A stretch of DNA of 54,107 nucleotides, counting the filler, from Squatina squatina (taxonomy: Eukaryota), in NCBI GenBank assembly GCA_031763465.1. It is 3 parts of 3 records of this genome, joined end to end, with 100 filler letters (N's around TTAATTAATTAA, not from the genome) between each part and the next. Parts side by side here need not be neighbours in the genome. Positions count along the whole stretch, not along the records: positions 29,059 to 54,107 come from JARFOE010000020.1; 2 more parts are not named here. One strand, given 5' to 3'. Position 1 is the stretch's first letter. Every line of letters begins with the position of its first letter. The notes beneath the pieces were generated by a model, which saw only the letters and a list, made by a program, of their open reading frames with translations, ran no database searches and had not been told where the DNA came from. Both the position numbers and the translations under genes were made by a program. This document shows positions 49,201-54,107 of this stretch, piece by piece.

Positions 49201-51025
49201 ACCATCCCTCAGTGACCATTGCTCAGTGACCATCTCTCACTGACCAGTCCTGATTGACCATCCCACACTGACCATCCCTCTTTGACCATCCCACACTAAC
49301 CATCCCTCACTGACCAATCTTCACTGACCATCCCTCACTGACAAACCCTCAGTGACCTTCCCTCACTGACCGTCTCTCACTGACCAGCCCTCACTGGCCA
49401 TCCGATACTGACTATCCCTCACTGACCATCCCTCGCTGACCATCCCTCAGTGAACATCCCTCACTAACGATCCCTCACTGACCATCCGATACTGACCATC
49501 CCTCACTGCCCATCCCACACTGACCCTCCGACACTGCAACTCCCTCACTGACCATCCGACACTAACCATCCCTCACTGACCATCCCTCACTGACCATCCC
49601 ACACTGACTAATCCTCGGTGACCTTCCCTCACTGACCATCCCACACTGAACATCCATCAGTGACCTTCCCTCACTGACCATCCCACACTGACCATCCCAC
49701 ACTGACCATCCCTCACTGACAAACACACACTGACCATCCCTCACTGACCATCCCCCACTGACTAATCCTCGGTGACCTTCCCTCACTGACCATCCCACAC
49801 TGAACATCCCTCAGTGACCTTCCCTCACTGACCATTCCACACTGGCCATTCCTCACTGATCATCCTGCACTGACCATCCCTCACTGACCATCCCACAATG
49901 ACAAACCCTCAGTGACCTTCCCACACTGACCATCTTTCACTGACCAGTCCTCACTGACCATCACTCACTGACCAACCCTCACTGGCCATCCGATACTGAC
50001 CATCCCTTACTGACCATCCCTCGCTGACCATCCCTCACTGCCCATCATGCACTGACCCTCCGACACTGCACAACCCTCACTGAGCTTCCGACACTGACCA
50101 TCCCTCAATGACCATCCAACACTGACCATCCCACACTGACCATCCCTCACTGACCATCCCACACTGACCATCCCTCACTGACCAACCCACACTGACCATC
50201 CCTCACTGGCCATCCCTCACTGACCATCCCTCAGTGACCTTCCCTCACTGACTATCCCACACTGACAATCCCTCACTGACCATCTCTCACTGACCTTTAC
50301 ACACGGACCATTCTTCACTGACCATCTCTCTCTGACCAACCCACACTGACCATCTCTCCCTGACCAGCTCACACTGACCATTCTTCACTGACCATCTCTT
50401 CACTGACCATCCCTTCACTGACCATCCCTCACTGACCATCCGATACTGACCAACTCTCACTGACCAACCCACACTGACCATCTCTCCCTGACCATCTCAC
50501 ACGGACCATTCTTCCTTGATCATCTCTTCACTGACCATCCCACATGGACCATTCTTCACTGACCATCCCTTCACTGACCATCCCTCACTGACCACCTGAG
50601 ACTGACCATCCCTCATTGACCATCCCTCACTGGCCAGCCACACTGACCCTTCTTCACTGACCATCCAACACTAACCATCCCTCACTGATCATTCAAGATG
50701 AACCAGCCCTCACTGACCATCCGAAACTGACCATCCGTTAGTTACCATCCTTCACTGACCATCTGACACTGAGCTTCCCTCACTCACCATCTGGCACTGA
50801 CCAACCCGCACTAACGAACCCTCACTGACCATCCGACACTGGCAATCTCTCAATGACCATCTGACACTAACCATCCTTCACTGATCATTCAAGACTAACC
50901 ATCCCTCACTGACCATCCCTCACTGACCATCCCTCACTGACCAACCCACACTGACCATCCCTCAGTGACCTTCCCTCACTGACTATCCCACACTGACAAT
51001 CCCTCACTGACCATCTCTCACTGAC
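46281..51025. repeat. 14-bp satellite (cactgaccatccct)n with higher-order duplications
   Basis: Period 14 (e.g. ctgacc at 48231 and 48245). Diagnostic variant blocks recur at long range. Confidence 0.95.
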
Positions 51026-51312
51026 NNNNNNNNNNNNNNNNNNNNNNNNNNNNNNNNNNNNNNNNNNNNNNNNNNNNNNNNNNNNNNNNNNNNNNNNNNN
51101 NNNNNNNNNNNNNNNNNNNNNNNNNTAATGATATAGTTTAGGATATGCTTATATTAGAAGCCTGCATAATCGCATCCTGCCAGTGACACAAGGTTGCCAC
51201 TTGAATGCGAAGGGTAGGGATTAATGCAACTGTCCTTGTATATGCAGGCCAAATCAGGGGACGTCGCAATAGGCCTGGTGCACAACTGTGGGACATTGTG
51301 GAACTCACTGAC

Positions 51313-51825
51313 CTGGAAGCCCAGGCAGCGACCATAGAAGCAGCCCTTGTGCATGGAGTTGGACTCGTGCAGGAATTCCTCGGAGAGGCCCTTCTCCTCG
51401 CCGAAGAAGAGGTCGCCGTGCTTGTTGGCAGTCAGCAGCCTCTGGGCGAAGTAGACCAGCGCGCGGAGCTGGCAGAGGGCCGAGCAGTAGGCCTCGATCT
51501 CCATGCAGTTGTGATTGGTTCGGAAGAAGATGCTGCGGCGATTGGTGGAGATGTAGCGGGCCTTGTGGATGATGTGCTGGATACAGGAGCGCAACACCTT
51601 CATCAAGCTGCGGTAACCATTGGCTGGGGTGCGCTCATCGAAGTCGAAGATGGGGAAGACCCCGGTGAAGCCGTGTACGACCGCCTGCAGCCTGCGCCCG
51701 TGCTCCTGGATCTGGGCGAAGGCGGAGAGGAACCGCCGGCTCGTCTCCGACGGGTTCTGCCGGAAGAAGCGGATGTTGTCCTCGGTGACGGAGTGGAGGA
51801 GGAGGAACATGGTCCGCACATCCAT
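51313..51825 (-). CDS. LIPE: Hormone-sensitive lipase, first common coding exon (HSL_N domain)
   Basis: MDVRTMF....VTEDNIRFF...FDFDERTPANGYRSL...NRRSIFFRTNHN..EIEAY..AL.QLRAL.YFAQRLL...HKGCFYGRCLGFQ|gtcagt. The exon begins at 51848 after acceptor ttcctctgcag, 23 nt before the ATG. Confidence 0.96.
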
Positions 51826-52856
51826 GGACGGGGAAGACACAGCGGAGGCTGCAGAGGAACAGAAGGGAGGGGGTGGGAAAGCTCACTCAGACAGAGTGGG
51901 GCGAGACTATGCTGGGATTTGAAAATCAGTCCCTTAAAATGGATGGGCTGAGGGGTGGGTGGCAGGGGAAGGGGGCAGGCAACCAGATCAGTGCCTCCAA
52001 TGTGCCAATAACTCAATACTGATAAAAACCAAACTGCACTCTATATTGCTGATCCTTGTGCTAGAACTATAAGTTTAATAAAGCATTCATAGGTCCTGAA
52101 GCATTGCTAAACAAGGTTCCTTTTACTTCAGTATCGCCTAGAAAGCTTCGCTGAATCCAGATCAACTGATTGGACGACTATGCCTTATAAAGGTGAGCAT
52201 GTAATATAAAGGGTAGCTTGAATCCAAAGTATGTAGGACCTTCCCAGGGACCACCATCACCTGGTAATTGATGCACACGGAAGGCACTAGTGNNNNNNNN
52301 NNNNNNNNNNNNNNNNNNNNNNNNNNNNNNNNNNNNNNNNNNNNNNNNNNNNNNNNNNNNNNNNNNNNNNNNNNNNNNNNNNNNNNNNNNNNCACCAAAA
52401 TAAAAGTTTTTGATGCAGTGATATAATTAGAAAGAAAGTTTATGGCCACTGTGAGGTGCTTTAAGATGCGAAAGAAGCAAAATACCAATTGCTTTCACCC
52501 TTGATCGGTTTCCCTCTCTAGGATATTCAGTGTTAAAGTCTCCATTTGGAAATGTAAATGCAGAAAAAGGGAAACAGTTGAAGGGTTAAAAGTATTTGAT
52601 ATTTCGATTCTTATAGCATCAAGAATGAAGATTATTTGGAAATGATAGCGCAGCTAATACAATCTTATCCACAAGATTATCAACAAAACTAACAGATCCA
52701 AGGAACAGCATTTCGANNNNNNNNNNCTATAAATAGAATCAACGACTGGACAGCTTCACTATTGCACTACAATCTAGAATGAACGACTGGACAGCTTCAA
52801 CATTCCACTACTGAACTACAAACTAAACAAATCAATTTGAGAAACGTGTTACCTAC

Positions 52857-53120
52857 CTATTACAACTATTTGTTTAGTTGAGGCACTGTATCTTTTTGTT
52901 AAATTGTTAAAGGCCTGACAGGTGTATTTTCCAGTGCCATTCACCGTAATACTAGCAATGATAAGTCGTTGCTGTTTTTGTGGAAGAGAGGTATCGTTGA
53001 GATACCATTCCAATTCAGCAGGTGGGCTCGAGTCCGCGGAACATGAAAAAGTAACGGTACTTCCAGAAAGGTAAATGGGTAAATCAGGGTTAATGGATAT
53101 ATTGGGGGGTTGCGGCCCAT
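52857..53120 (-). CDS. CEACAM-like immunoglobulin C2-type (B-like) domain exon
   Basis: ttttag|AT GGG CCG...ATA G|gtaggt, 264 bp, phase 1-1. Encodes GPQPPNISINP...YLSGSTVTFSCSADSSPPA...WYLN.......RLII..IT....GKYTCQAFNNLT, with four N-glycosylation sequons. Confidence 0.85.
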
Positions 53121-54107
53121 CTAAAATGAATGCACAAATGTATTGTAATAACATTATGCTGAAATGAAAAGCAGTAATGCAATTATGGAGGAGACCACCA
53201 TCACATAGAAACTACACACCCATTTCTTTTCTACACACTATTAATCCCACTGAAGTCAATCATTTGAAGAACCAATATTTACTGTCACATCATCCACACG
53301 TGTGTTTACTGCCTTCTAAATTCCTTACAGTTTTCAAGAACTGTTAACCGCTCTGCACCCGGCCTTGATGAGCACTTACATGGTGAGCGATTGAGCCGCA
53401 CAGCTGAAGTCAGTTCCAAATGAGCTACTTGGGCTTTGAAATTCCTGGGTTGGGAGCCTGGTATCAGAGTGTAGTTTGGGGGCGGAACCTGGTGCCGACA
53501 AGGCCCCTTTCAGCTGCCAAACAAGTTCTGTTGGGACATCATTGAAAGGCAGGACTGGTGGGAAGATATCCTCGGACAGAAATCCTGCCAGTTCTGTCTT
53601 TGCTGCTGCCAATCTAAAGTAAACCTGTATGAAGCAGGTGTGGTTATTGCTCCAATGATGTGATGGGGGCGTCCAGTGCCAGTTCTGCAAGAACTTGTAA
53701 CCGGATTACTGAGTCCTTGCTCATTCTGACAAGGCGTACATATCGAAATATCCAAGATAATATTAAAGATGCCGCATGGTTTTGAGAAAACATTTCAGTT
53801 TTGGGGAAGTTTAGTAGTTCTGTTGGGTTGTATCAGAAAGACAAATAAGGAATTTCACATGTGAGCATCAAGAGGGTGAAGTTTGACACAGGTGGTGATG
53901 CAAAACGGGCGGCATCACATCTGTCACCACTTTAGACGCTTCACCCGAAATTCAGTTCCATTGAAGCCAAAGCTGAACCCCGGATGTTTACAGACTAATA
54001 TTTCAGCATAATTTGATGTCTGAATATTAAGTTTCTGAAATTTGAATGGAAGTGAAGTCTATTAGTTGTAATTTATCAATGTCTGTATCTATTCTGCTTG
54101 TGGTTCA

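Noticed and set aside
51205-51951. 248-aa + strand ORF
   Set aside because: Antisense shadow of the GC3-rich LIPE exon.
53376-53755. Minus-strand ORFs with a gtaagt donor upstream of the CEACAM exon
   Set aside because: No Ig signature in any frame; cannot be assigned.

Overview
Vertebrate genomic DNA, most likely from a cartilaginous fish. The repeat content (CR1, L2 and RTE LINEs, Penelope elements, Deu-core SacSINE1-like SINEs, Harbinger/hAT MITEs) is shark-like. The window is not one continuous locus. It is a chain of short contigs joined by fixed 100-N spacers, a few ~10-N gaps and two artificial N44-TTAATTAATTAA-N44 linkers. Most ORFs in the supplied track are spurious (repeat- or N-driven), and several real exons are missing from it. 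Recognisable exons: HHIP (2, +), an unannotated Kunitz/BPTI terminal exon downstream of HHIP (+), ANAPC10 (2, -), PDPR (+), a PMCA/ATP2B calcium pump (-) with a candidate 21-nt micro-exon, the second exon of a divergent adenosine-receptor-like GPCR (-), an unidentified GC3-rich terminal exon (+), NPLOC4 (+), four PRDM9-like exons (-; three intact PR/SET exons and one frameshifted post-KRAB exon), LIPE (-) and a CEACAM-like Ig exon (-). About 10 kb is tandem repeat. The best leads are a possible HHIP isoform ending in a Kunitz domain and a PRDM9-like gene interleaved antisense with NPLOC4. Both must be checked against assembly chimerism. All protein identities come from recalled sequence similarity, not database searches.
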